A stretch of 64,000 bases of DNA from Phoronis australis (taxonomy: Eukaryota > Animalia > Phoronida), in assembly GCA_002633005.1 (NCBI GenBank), contig NMRA01000493.1, positions 235,647 through 299,646 of the forward strand, given 5' to 3'. Of this stretch, positions 1 to 11,975 are shown one piece after another; position 1 is the first letter of the stretch, and each line of letters opens with the position of its first letter. A program made the position numbers and the translations under genes. The notes beneath the pieces are model-generated. The model had not been told where the DNA came from, did no database searches, and was given only the letters and a program-made list of their open reading frames with translations.

Positions 1-711
1 GCCACGAACGGCTGTTTCGATTGTCAAAAGCCCGGAAGACTCAGTTGAAATATTGAAGAAGAATATCCAGCCCGGCGATGTTGACGAAGAACTTATTGTT
101 GAACCGCTGCATTTTCATATACTTGTGGGAAGCACAACAACTCATGGTGCTGGCCAAAAAGATTTCAAAGACTTTTATCAAATAATCTGCAATATTTGAA
201 TTAAGTCAGCGTTCCCAAACATGGAATCTGTGTTGAGAATTCTTAGAGACTCATGGCCACTAATCAGTGGCGGATTTAGAGGGGAGCCAAGGGGGCCATT
301 CCACCCCCCTAAAATTCTCCCAGATTCCATTTGGCAGTTCGGGGGTGAGAATGTCTGAAAGTCAAAATCCTGGCTAATAATCTGCCCTGCCCCCCCCCCC
401 AACACAAAATCCTGGATCCGCCCCTGACTAATTGTCCTGGAAAAAGGCCATTAAAGGGATAAAAAAGTGTACTGAGATCAGCAATATAGCAAGAAAAAGT
501 ATGTGCATTAACTATTATGAGCATGGAAATGGAAATGTTAAGAAGTCTTGATTACGAAGATAGAATTGAAATTTTCCGATTAGTTTATTCCGTTTGGAAT
601 CTAAGTTTCAAAAGCTAGACTTATAGGTCTATATAAGTTACCTCAGATTGGTAAGTGGTGCCCCCGGAATTCTGAGAGCTTAGGTCCCCGCATACCCTTA
701 ATACGGCACTG
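1..711 (+). mobile_element. 3' remnant of a hAT DNA transposon (ZMYM1/Tip100-like C-terminal dimerisation domain), degraded
   Basis: Across frameshifts it reads ...KSAFPNMESVLRIL..MATNCPGKRP..KGIK..LRSAI.QEKVCALTIMSMEMEMLRSLDYEDRIEIF, matching the hATC motif FPN..LRI...TNCSGERSFS.LKRIK..LRSTM.QERL..L.LMSIE. It ends in a TIR-like ...CTTAATACGGCACTG at 711 and is interrupted by a MITE at 265-426. Confidence 0.8.
265..426 (+). mobile_element. Short hAT-type MITE (family 1)
   Basis: TIRs CAGTGGCGGAT...ATCCGCCCCTG with a 6-bp direct flank ACTAAT at 259-264 and 427-432. Related copies lie at 34049-34198 and 37758-37918 (inverted). Confidence 0.85.
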
Positions 712-1626
712 GCTGGAGTTAGTAATTTAAGATAGTGCTATCAAGATCCCAGGGGTCCGTTCCAACAAAACTGACTTAGCTAATGCAAATCTTAAATTTT
801 AGTAAATTTTAAAATACAAGTTAAATTTGTCTCAAGACCAATTCAAGAGAGAGATCTTAAGTACGACTTAAGAAATAAAAAAATGGTACCAGATGGAAGG
901 ATTTGTTTGATCTCGGCTGGTTCTGGCTAAAATTATTTCTTGGCGGTTTTCCGCGGCACATTTTTTTAAAACTCAGAATTCGTTCCTGAAAACTCTGCCT
1001 TGCGTCGTGTGGCGGGTGTCGAGGAGTCCGGGGGATAAAAGGATATCAAGCCAGGTTTTGGCTAAAAAGAGGGATACAGACCCCTACCCTAGAGTAATAC
1101 ATCCTTCTTTAAACCCGTAACTGAATATGGAATTTGCACACACACGCACGTACGCACGCATGCACGTACACACGCACGCACGCAACACGCCGTGTGCTGC
1201 TTGACAGGTAACAGACATAGCAAGGAAAGTTTAGGTTTCATGGCACTCCCCCAAGAAATATTCAACATTGTTTTGTAAAAACAGATTTATTCCAGTGGTA
1301 GTCACTCACGTTTGTGATTTAAACTTGCACTGTTCACGGTATCAAAAAATCATGATGACAGTCTGATCGACATAGCAAATTTCTTCATCTACTCTGACGT
1401 AGTCACGGTGGGGCACAAGGGCGCCATGACCCCACCTGCTTAGTTAACGAAAGTTGTTTGGCGCGAGTTCTTCAACAAAGAAATATTACGCAGTGCGCAC
1501 ATGAACTCCCTAGTCAAGGAATGAAGCTGCATGATGGCCTTAAATAAACAAATAAAGCAAGGTCTTCACTTCAGTCTCCATTATGTTCCCACATTGTCTG
1601 AGAAGAAAGTTCACTTGCACGTAGTG

Positions 1627-2428
1627 TGTCAGAACTTAGACTGACACTGTTCTTAGTTTTACTTTGTTTTATTGTTCTGTTTGTATTATTGATTGACATG
1701 ACCCATGAGATCAGTACCGTGATGATGTAATTTGTTTACTACAGAGTAGTCTGGAACTTTCTAGAAGAGTCTAGCATGTCAGAAACTAATGTAGTCTGGA
1801 ATATTCTAGAGGCTAGTACACGTTTGTAGAATTATTGGGTAGATTCCGGAAAGTTGTAGAATGTGCTTGAATTGGTGAAAAGTTCTAGAAGATTGCATTA
1901 GGCTATATATACCCAGTCACGTGTTTGGGACGACCAGTTAAGCAGTTGAAGGAGTTGAAAATTGAAAATAATTTGTTACAAAAGAGTTACAGTTGAGTTG
2001 CAGTGAAGAGAATCAGCAGTTAGCCTACAGCGATAGCTACAAAGACAGCAGGTTATTGAATCAGTGAGTGTAACAGTTGCTGAAAGTGTCTCAGAAGTTC
2101 ATCATAAGTCAAGGCTTCGCAGCACTGGCTTGAGCGTAGAACAGACATTACGTCCATGCGCGCACACAGCCTTCGATTTGGGGGGGCTCGAATTCTTGAC
2201 GTAGTGGACGGGGGCACCACTTCGAATTGCGCGTTTGTGCCTGTTTAGTAGACTTTTATGTCATTCTCTCGGACGTTTTGTTTGAGTAGGCTTGTGAACG
2301 TATGGTCAAGAATATTAAAGTGATTAACTTGAACCAGTCTTCCGTCTTTCGTAGCACCGAAGGTTAATCATGATTGGCACTGGTCTGTAACAACCTGCGC
2401 CCACCCACAAACGGGGAAAAACGTGACA
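1627..2428 (+). mobile_element. Solo LTR (Gypsy-like)
   Basis: TGTCA...TGACA termini, near-perfect 5-bp flanks TAGTG/CAGTG, a TATA-like CTATATATA near 1903 and ATTAAA near 2314. No internal coding region. A hAT MITE fragment sits inside at ~2155-2235. Confidence 0.75.
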
Positions 2429-2439
2429 CAGTGAGATCT

Positions 2440-3850
2440 TCAAAGATGAACAAAGAAATTAGATAATGTTGGTAAAAACAAGTTGATTAAATTTAGAAAG
2501 AGATAATTAATGATGAAATTGTTCAGAATTGGGCAGAAACAGATCAGCAGGATGAGAAATAAGGTCGACTTATTTGACAGTAGCTCGAAAGGATTTTTTC
2601 CTTCATTAGACATTTTTTATAGGCAGTTGATAAGAGATCATGGTGAAATTAGGTCAGAATTAATTAATTATTACTTCACCTTTGTCACAAATTGTCAAAT
2701 GGAGACTCCGACTCCTATACCAGACCTATTTGATATCACAAAGGAAGTCTCGGAGGTTTTTAGCAACTGGATGACCTGTAGTAGAGGGTGAAATTTTCAC
2801 GTCTAAAAATTTGTGAAAGCAGTAAGTCTCGAGGAAATGACGGGTTAACTCAAGAATTTTATAAATGTTTATGACACGTAGTCAGAAATCATTGGTTCCT
2901 ACATCTAAATATAGCTTTTAGTGGATAATAATCTACGTGTTAGGGACAAGGAGGCATGACGCTTTTACCCAAGTCTAATGGAGCTGGGCTACAGACTTCA
3001 GATAATTGACGACCAATATCACTACCAAGGTACCTAAACTACAAGGTCAGCGAACTCATAAACACGGGCACGGACGCATGAACACGACTCACGGACCTGC
3101 AAACACCGTCCACTGACTCACAAACGCGGGAACGGACTCACAAAACACGATCCACGCACCCAAATACACGGGACACGGACTCGTATTCACGAGGAAACAC
3201 GTCAACGGACCGCCAAACACGGGTCACGGACTCAACGGCTTTCTGGGTCAGCTGACATCTTCATTTTGTCCATAAACCATGTTTGGCGGTCCGTCAACGT
3301 GTTTCCGCGTGAGTATGGGCCCGTGTCCCGTGTATTTGGGTGCGTGAATCGTGTTTTGTGAGTCCGTTCCCGTGTTTGTGAGTCAGTGGACGGTGTTTGC
3401 AGGTCCGTGAGTTGTGTTTATGAGTCCATTGACCGTGTAGTTTAGGTACCTTATACACAATGGTTATAAACAACTTCCTTCGTACAGATCGCCTAAATAA
3501 TATCATGGGGAAAACTGGTTCATCCAACTTTAACAGCTGTCAAAGGTCAGTATGTTGTAGGTTATACTAATCATTCGAGGTAGGAATAACACTCATGACC
3601 ACGGTCAAAATCTGTTTTTTGACTTTTACAAAGTATATGATACAATAAAATGTGACTTTATTTTTCAAACATTAAATGGTTTCAGTTTTGGGTAGGTTTT
3701 TTACTAGAAGGGTGAAGGTAATTGATTCTAAACTTACAACCTGTCAAGAATGTTTTCAATGCATATTATTTTCCGATAGAAAGGAGCGTGAGACAGGGTG
3801 ATTTTCTTGTCAGCTCCATTATTATGTCCAGCTGTTATATTTATGGCCAA
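2440..3850 (+). mobile_element. Degraded L1/Tx1-type non-LTR retrotransposon RT remnant
   Basis: Fragments KSRGNDGLTQEFYK (~2824), TLLPK..RPISL (~2958-3025), DFYKVYDTIKCDFIFQTLNGFSFG (~3621) and FPIERSVRQG (~3770) follow the L1/Tx1 ORF2 motif order. It is split by the foldback element at 3027-3452. Confidence 0.7.
3027..3452. mobile_element. Foldback-type non-autonomous DNA element with long modular TIRs
   Basis: Ends are AAGGTACCTAAACTAC...GTAGTTTAGGTACCTT. The ~170-190 bp arms are built of ACGGACTCA/AACACG modules around a short spacer. A partial copy lies at 14647-14910. Confidence 0.85.
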
Positions 3851-4009
3851 TTACATGCCTGTTGCAAAACTGAAGTTGAAATTCTTCAGTGAGACGATAA
3901 TACTCTGGTATAAATTGTCTAAAATTTTTAAAAACAATTTGGGTTATTGTCTGGCCTCGTGCTTAGTATCAGAAAGTGTGAGGTTTACACTTAAAGTGGA
4001 ACTTGCAGG

Positions 4010-4420
4010 ATAATTTCTTACCTCAGTGATTGTTTGGTCAAATTAGTTAGAAACGCAACATATAGCGATGATGTGAATATGAAGTAGCTTGAAAATTATC
4101 AAAAGTTTTTAAGAACGAGTTTTGTGACAAAAATGAGCCGCCGTAAATCACTGAGCCGTATCCAGTAAGTAACGTGACGTGGTGCTGGGAACAATACTGC
4201 ACCAGTGATGCGGGCAATGTGAATCCGCGAAGTACTTCAGTAGTGCAAAGGTAACCTACTTTCAGATTTTATTCGGTTAGTTTTCACATGCACGAATTGT
4301 CAGTGAATACAGCTGCACTTTTTTAGCGTAGATTATGTTAAAACAGCATTTTCGTTCTGTTCCTGCTGCACATCAACATAGTTTGGAGAATGCAGAAAGA
4401 GTGTAGTGACTCACTTAACG
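4010..4420 (+). repeat. Dispersed repeat, unclassified
   Basis: Aligns by eye with ~32600-32960 (AACATATAGCGATGATG.GAATATGAA...CCAGTAAGTA...GTGGTGCTGGG). Confidence 0.7.
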
Positions 4421-6046
4421 GATTTACGTGGACTGGAACCAAGCAAGAGCTTAGGAATATGTGTCTGTCATAATTATAAACAAAAAAGGATTACTTCAAA
4501 TTTGAACTTTAATGTTTAGAAAAGTCGAAACACTTCTTTGTTTGGCAAAACTAGTGTAGTCAAACCTTTTGGGCTTTCTAAGTAAGTCTATGTAATGAGA
4601 AATCCCCAGGAATGGATAGCGCAAATAGAACGAAGCTAAACATTATAATAGAAATATTGTTTTTGGTAAGATAAAACCCCAAATGTAAATAAAATGTGAC
4701 TTAATTTCCATGAACATGGTGGTTTGCCAGTTTCTGGAGTAAATATTATATTAAAACCATTAATTGTAATGTGGGATACCCGTTGCTTGGATAGAAACAA
4801 CGAAGTTTTAAGTGTTTTCAAACTATGTTTTCAAACCATGTGGAGGTAGTCTGATCAAAGTATGATTGTAATTTGTTGTATCTTACAAATCTTGATAACT
4901 TCAACAACAATACAGTACGGTAAGTTGTTTTCGTGGCACGTCAACAAATGTTTAGTAACATTCAGACTCATTTCGAAAATGGCGCGGCTGCAACTCCGCT
5001 GTTGCCTGACACGTACGCTTCGAATAGTGCGTCACGATTAGTTACGGTTCGAGTCGAGTTTGAGTTCCGGTCCACAGCTTATAAGTATAGCAAGCGTTTG
5101 ACATTAACATGCAGACTCACACAGGTGGCGAGGCAAACTTCTCTCGGAGAGCTGTGAAAACATAACTTCCAAGAGTAGAGACGTAAGTAGTGAACGGCAA
5201 CTGTGTAAGCAAAAAATCTCGTCTTCGATGAATCCGCCATCACGGTTTTAAAAACAAGTAAATGTTTCTAGTGCGAAACCAGATAACGGGATATAATCTT
5301 TTCAGTCGAAATAGAACAAAAAAATTATTTTTGGCATTTTCTGTTTCACTTTTGTGTGAAGTTAAGACGAATGTGCGTTATATTTTGCTAAAATACATAT
5401 TGGCTTACGTCTAATCTTAGTTTGCCCTTAATCACCCCATCATTAAGGTTAAAAGTTGGATTCTTACCTCGAAATCTCGAGTTCACTCGATATCTCGACT
5501 GAGAATTTTCACTCGAAGGGGAGGGGTTTGGAAAAGGTGGCATATATGGGATTGGTGATTATACTCATGGTGGCACCATCACGTGGTGTATTAGAACATC
5601 TCCATCACAGTCTTTGTTGTTGAGAAAGTGATTCACCTTCTAGCAAAATCTACTAATTCCAAAACTGGGGCCTGTAGTTTCACACGTCTAAGATTTAATA
5701 TTTCACTCACTAGGCTTTGTACACAGACAAATGACAGCCTCACTCCATCACCGCCTGCACCGACAATCATCACAATGATGCAGCTCATTAGGGCATTAAG
5801 ACGCTCAGCGACAGGCGTGGTCATGCTTTGCAGGGGATGGGATCGATTTACATTGTGAGCTTGTTACGCATATATGCAGTGTTGCGACTGATTTTTTTCA
5901 TCATTGCATTGAAGATGCCAGAGTTGTTTTACTTTGCTTTCCTACCATACAACAAGTTTCATAGTTGAATCTCAAGTTTTGCTCTCAACTGCCGATTCAG
6001 TGCAGACTGGTCACAGTGTAACCTAAATTATTGCAGGAGGAAAGCA

Positions 6047-6117
6047 CTCGCTGGTTCCCTGCGTGCTTAGCCCAGCCAGCTACCGCCCCACCTAGCGGCA
6101 CGCAGGGAACCAGCGAG
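6047..6117. mobile_element. 71-bp hairpin MITE
   Basis: Perfect 20-bp TIR CTCGCTGGTTCCCTGCGTGC/GCACGCAGGGAACCAGCGAG with a perfect 10-bp flanking duplication GAGGAAAGCA (6037-6046, 6118-6127). Confidence 0.85.
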
Positions 6118-9100
6118 GAGGAAAGCAGGGCGTTGAGATGCATCCGCTACCGGTGCGACACCGCAAGCGTTGTGCTTTGAGGGGCGTTTTTAGTAGTATC
6201 ATAAAAATGACCAATACATGGCGCAGAGTACCTCGAACCCGCGGTCTGAAGGGGAAAGCGTCGTTTCTGTCTCTCTATTACAAAACTATTTGTCAAAATT
6301 CACGAAAACACACTAAGGAATTCCCAAAGATACAAAGCCAAACGAAGAACTTGAACTTATACCACTAGGGGGCGCAGCGGCACTCGGAGCCGTCAAAAAG
6401 TCGAAAGCAACCATTGTCACATTAAGCAGACTTATAGACTAACCGATTCGCCCTCTGCAATTGAGTAATCTCCATTTTTGCTATTTCTGAACACCATTGG
6501 GATACCTGATGTTGTCAGCACACCAAAGCAGAGAAATCAGGTAATCACGTACTCTATGGCAGCGAATGGCGGCCTCGTTGAATGGCGCCGTAGCAAAGTC
6601 TGATAGCCTATGGACGACAAAATATAAAATCACCACAAGGGGATCGCGTCCAGAAATCAGCGTCAGCTATGGTCTTCTCATCAGGAAGACAACTGCTATT
6701 ATAAGTTTGATAACGATCGTTTAAACAGTTTGACGCCAAACACTGACTTGGCAAACATAAAAATAGAAATTCGCCATACACTAAAGAGCACAGCTCAGTC
6801 GCATTGGTCTGACTAAAAACTCGTTGTCATCTGTTACCATTTCCATAGCTAGGAAAACATCTACCAAATGTCAAAAAGATCTTCCAAACAGTTAAAGCCT
6901 ATCTTCAACGGTAACACCTGTAAATTTGGGTCCTACAGTATCATGTTAAGGGCATCGCTCTGAGCCAACAAGTGCCATCAATTGCCAAATATAACGAACT
7001 GTTATTGCAGGCTTGCTTAATACGTCACCGCGAGAGTCACCTCTTAATTAAAACAGCTGCTAATAACGCCCGCACGCAATGGTGTTCTATTCAGATCCCT
7101 CTTCAATACACCGTTTATCGGCCTTTTTGTTGTTTGTGCTGGGATCTCGCGGTGACGCAACATGGCACGAAAAGGCAGCTTCACCTGTCGTTAGACGGGC
7201 TTACATTTGCGTGATTTAACTCGCATTTTTTTATTTTACTAAGGACCATCTGGTTAGCCTAATACATCCAAACTAACAAAATTCCGTTGAAGCTAGGCTT
7301 TAGGAGATCCAGAGCTTTCAACGCAAAAAACCCAGGAACTGACACTAAAGCGGGCCAACAAACCCGTTCGAAAATCAACGTCGTTTGCGGTCTTCTCAAC
7401 AGCATCAAATTCTGCCCGGCAGTGTTTGTAATGATCCTTTAAATTGTTTATTGTCTCAAACAATTCTATAGAAAGTGTTCGCAACGATTTCTGCAAGTAT
7501 GCCTTGCGACTAACAAAATATAAGGATGACAAATGACATCTATGGCTATAGGGGCTAGAGTGGTAGAAACATGCTGTATACCTACTATATATTTAAGCAC
7601 ATTGTTTACTGGACAAGGCTGCTTCAAATGATAGTGTTACCATATATTACGGCAACAATGTGGGGTCGGCGGCTGGCAGAACTGGGCATCTGTAAAATGC
7701 ACCTGTGTACATACGGGTTTGGAGAGGTATTGTCCGTTATACGGACCGGGTCAAGCCACGTAATTTATTCCTTTCAGAATTTCGTCAGAGACAAATTGAC
7801 TGCTGCGACGTAAAAAATTGTTCTCTGTAATTAATAATTCGACTAAATATCAATTGTAGTGTAATATTAAAACGGAAATACAGTGTAAGAAATACATATA
7901 CTTATTAGATTATATACCTGGAAAATACTTGGTCGTTTCAAGTGCTCAATGCACAAGCTCTTTACATTGAAATAGGGTGGCATGCAGGTCTAATCAAGGA
8001 GTGAAATACAATAGGAGTGTTCACTCCGCCATCTTTGCTATTCGCCGCAATGGTTATCGGTCGAAAACCTACCGCTCCAGGCGGCGAGTAAGCAGCACTA
8101 ATTTAATAGCGGAGTCCGAACCATGTAAACATTCTACGGACTACACAGTTTTAGTGATTACTCTTCGGGGCTCTGGAGACAATTGCCCCCAGGTGCCAGG
8201 AAGGGGGTACATGGGAGAAGTGTAAGACAGGTAAAAACCAGGTGGGCACAAAATGAGTGTTGACATTCTCCCAGGGGGTACATTGCTAGATGTCTCTGAC
8301 CATTGACAATATGTGCTGAGGTGGTGATAAGATTTGACCCTCGTTTTGTGCATGACCACCAAAGACATGCCCCTGTGGTTATGTCAATACTATCCCGGGC
8401 ATTATTACTTGGTGCTCCCAGTTCACTGCTTGGTTTCATCTCCACCCAACAATTTCGCACGTGTTCCCTATTCAACGCACCAGGCTACTAGCAATGCAGA
8501 TAATTGTTTTATGCAGTGGGTGATACATGTACAGAAAGCAAGACAATTCACAACTACCTCAACATTGTAATCCATTCTGATGCGCTCTCACGTATAATTT
8601 TAGATCGTTCCCGCGTTATTTCTTAATGACATGCCCGTACAGGGTAAAGTCCACACTTTTCCACTATAATCAACAATAGTTACAAGTCAGTTGCTAATCT
8701 GTAGAATAGCTCATCGTAACTTACAAAACGTATAAACATTGAGTGTATCTTCACCCATAATTAACTAGTCAAAGTTGCAAAATGTCATGGCAAAATATTT
8801 TTAGAAATACTGAACAGCAATCAAAATATTCACTACCCACACAAGCGCACACCCCCGGCCCAGGGGGGCTCGATGGGCTCGAACGAGCCCCCCTTTGGCG
8901 AAAGGTTCGACCCAGAGAAACAAAAATTACGCGAAAACGAGCCAAAAGCCCACTAAAAAGGCTCGAATGCACTATTAGCTCTGATCGTGGTGTCCAGTTT
9001 TTCAAAGATTTTAAAAATTACGTGTGTAATGATTTAAAAGTACTATTTAACAAATTTTCTCTTTGGTAATGATCTGTAGATAAGAAGCTCTTTGATGGAT

Positions 9101-9715
9101 TTTTTGAAGTTTGACAAATAGGTTTCTATTAAAGAGACGACGACACCTTTCCATTTTCGGACCGCTCTTGGGCAATTCTGCGCCTACCTACTTGCCATTT
9201 TTTGAAATTTCAAGTCATTTTTTGACGTCCGCCTTTTTAACTACCAAATCGTTTAAACAATCATTATGGAAATTGGCAGGTCAGTGTTCCTAATAAGGAG
9301 ACTACAGCTGACGTTGATTTTCGAACGGGCTTGACTACTGCGGTAGCGCTCCCTAGTTGGGATTTTATTTTATTTTGCGTCAGTGGCTGTATCTTCTTAT
9401 CCCTTTGCAAGTTAGTTGTAATTTGGTAGATGCGTTTCTATGGAGCTAACAACAGATGTCGCGTATAACCCGTATACGATGATAAGCGGATATTATGACC
9501 ATCTAGCTCAACAACAGATGTCGTGTATATGCCTACCTAAGGTACCGACGGTACTAAACTTATAATACTAATAATAATATATTATGACCACCTAAATAGA
9601 ACAGAAACTTAATATGTTTAAACGTGTATTAATAACTAAGTCCATTCGAATAAACTACAAAAATCATCAAGGCGTCCATACACCATTATCCGTAAATTAT
9701 TAAATGTTCCAAATT

Positions 9716-10335
9716 AAATTTTCAAAGGTCCAGTGGTGACGCCGTGGTCGAAGACCTGTCTTTTGGGATAAAATAGGTGAATACGCACCTCTCTTGCAGA
9801 TAGGTATACACGTAATATCGCCCTTTGTTGAGGGGTCTGTAACACTTTGAGATACCTCGCCTTGTCGATTTCATTTCTCTGTCGTTGTAATTCTTAACAG
9901 ATAAAATGAGATTTACCGTCGTCTGCCCCCACGTAATACGTTTAAGAGCAAAATGCGATGCAGTAGTTTCCTTCGAATTCCAACTTCAATAAACCGGGCG
10001 TGCGAGTGCCGTAGGCCTCGTTTTCTTCCGTGTCTGTTCGTGGAAACCAGAGATGTTTTTCTCTCTCGAAAGCTTCTCGCGTGTCTGGTTTAGTCACATC
10101 CTCTAGACAGTTACCGAATATGGCCATGTACGCCGAGTCTGCGTCCATCTCGCAATATTCGAAATCGGATCTGTCAACGAATCTTAACATGAAAACTCCA
10201 ACATGCGCAACTTTGCGTACTGATAGACAAAGAAGTCTATTTGAAGCGGCAGGTTCAGGCGCTTGGTTTTCTTTTTCATCTCCAATTCGTAGGTTCCGTC
10301 CCCGGTGCAGTTGACGTGTCTAAATTCCTTGACCT
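9716..10335 (-). pseudogene. Polinton/Maverick protein-primed DNA polymerase B, C-terminal part (frameshifted)
   Basis: Reads KKKTKRLNLPLQIDFFVYQYAKLRMLEF..VDRSDFEYCEMDADSAYMA..RTPGLLKLEFEG..VYTYLQERCVFTYF..PKRQVFDHGVTTGPLKI*. This contains motif C (EMDTDS, here DADS) and the typical pPolB C-terminus. Confidence 0.9.
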
Positions 10336-10384
10336 GGAAACAATACTGGGACCTGGAAACAATACTGGGACCTCCGATATTCTT

Positions 10385-11285
10385 GATTTAGAAGGAACTT
10401 GCACCTCGTCGATGTAAAGAGAGAGATAATTGATGCTGTAATGTTTAAAATTGAAAAGGCTTTTGGCATACGATCCATTATAGGCGTCTGTATCACAAAA
10501 GCCCACAATAACCCGACTTTTAGGATTTTGACCTAAAAAATTCTCTTGTGTCATGCACAGGTGCCCGGATGGGATTGAAAACACTTTACATTCGACGCGT
10601 CGCAAAAGGTACTTTGCGGTGCTTTTCTCGAGGTCCCTTTTGTTTGTTAGGTGTACAGTGGGGCTGAGTTTCACTTTCTTCACGAATAAGGCGGCGTCTT
10701 GGATCTTGATTTTTTGAACTGAACTTGCATTGCACCCGCCATCGGGAACATGAGGGCGAACGAGTTCTTGCTTCGCACCAATCTTATCTTCATGTCAAAT
10801 ACGTTGTTGAGTATAGGTATCTGTCTTGCATAAATATGTCACTGTGGAGTTTCGCTTTCACGTCATGGTAGCACTTCCTGTCGCAAGGGTTTTACGCGTC
10901 GTGTATCCTGACGTCGCTTAGCCGGGGAGTCAAATTTCCCGCTAGTATCCTTGTACCATAGCGCTGCAGTCAAGTGTCCGTTTTTGGCCTCGCTTCCGTA
11001 AGACAACAATGTTTTTAAATATGCGCTATAGCCGTAAGTGTTGGTTGAAGGAGAAATTCAAAGAGATATCGACTTGACTGATCATCGAATGTATAAGCCA
11101 CAGGTTGGTAGGGGCACAGTCGGGATCCGCAGCGATATTCAGTCCATCTGCGTTGGTTATTTTTGCCCTGGCGTAAAATCCTGCGTTTGTCAAGTCCACG
11201 TATTCGTCACCCGAACCAGGGACAAACAATTGCAGCAGCCCGTCGTCCTTGACGCTGGAGATGGGGTTGCGCTCCACCCATAACC
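10385..11285 (-). pseudogene. Polinton/Maverick major capsid protein (double jelly-roll), frameshifted
   Basis: PISSVKDDGLLQLFVPGSGDEYVDLTN..SMISQVDISLN..AYLKTLLSYGSEAKNGHLTAALWYKDTSGKFD..DMKIRLVRSKNSFALM..TAKYLLRRVECKVFSIPSG..AYNGSYAKSLFNFKHYSINYLSLYIDEVQVPSK are hallmark segments of the animal Polinton MCP. Confidence 0.9.
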
Positions 11286-11504
11286 TGGTTCCCGGGCTTC
11301 ACACGCTGACGTCACGGATAGTTTGTTTCGCTGTTTCTGGATCGCACACGTTTGTCTGAGCGATCCAGTAACGGCGTTTTACCTTCGTCAGTACGAAGAG
11401 AACTAGGAGTGCAAATTTGACATGAGGATTTGAAACGACAAGATCATACACTGCGTCCTTTTTTCTCATAAGACGAGATTTAGCCACGAAGCGTTTCTAC
11501 AGCT

Positions 11505-11975
11505 TGACTAGGAAACAAATAAAGATATTCGTTCTAGACGGTGGAATCATAGCTAGAGTATCTACGATGGAATGTGACTTCGAAGTCCCGAGGTATCTGA
11601 GCTGGGAGAGTGCGCTTTGCAGAAATGCAACCTATATTCAAGAATATAGACATCAGCAGAGACGATATAGGATGCTTTATGCGGGAGTATGGTGAGAGAA
11701 ACAAAATTATGAGCCGACCACGACCACCTCTGGTCAAAAGTTTCATCGATCAGAAAATTCTGTTGGCAACCCCGCTTCTGACTATGGTACTTGGAACACG
11801 GCCTAGAGATAACAAACGCCTATCAATTGGTTGAATTTGCTCTCGTAGCTTCGAACGTTTTGGTGAGATCAGCGACAGGTGATAAAGCTATTGTAGCGCA
11901 GACGATGAAGCTTTTAGGTAACGGTGCATATGGTAAGGGCTATGAGAAAGGCATCGTCAAGCACTGCAATGCAAT
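11505..11975 (+). pseudogene. Polinton/Maverick pPolB, central part (frameshifted)
   Basis: ECDFEVP..FAEMQPIFKNIDISRDDIGCFMREY..KILLATPLL..YLEHGLEIT..TMKLLGNGAYGK, which includes PolB motif B (KxxxNSxYGK). Confidence 0.88.

Noticed and set aside
8141-8570. Cluster of overlapping ORFs in a slightly GC-richer patch
   Set aside because: No motif or consistent splice structure could be recognised. It may be an old TE fragment, but that is unsupported.
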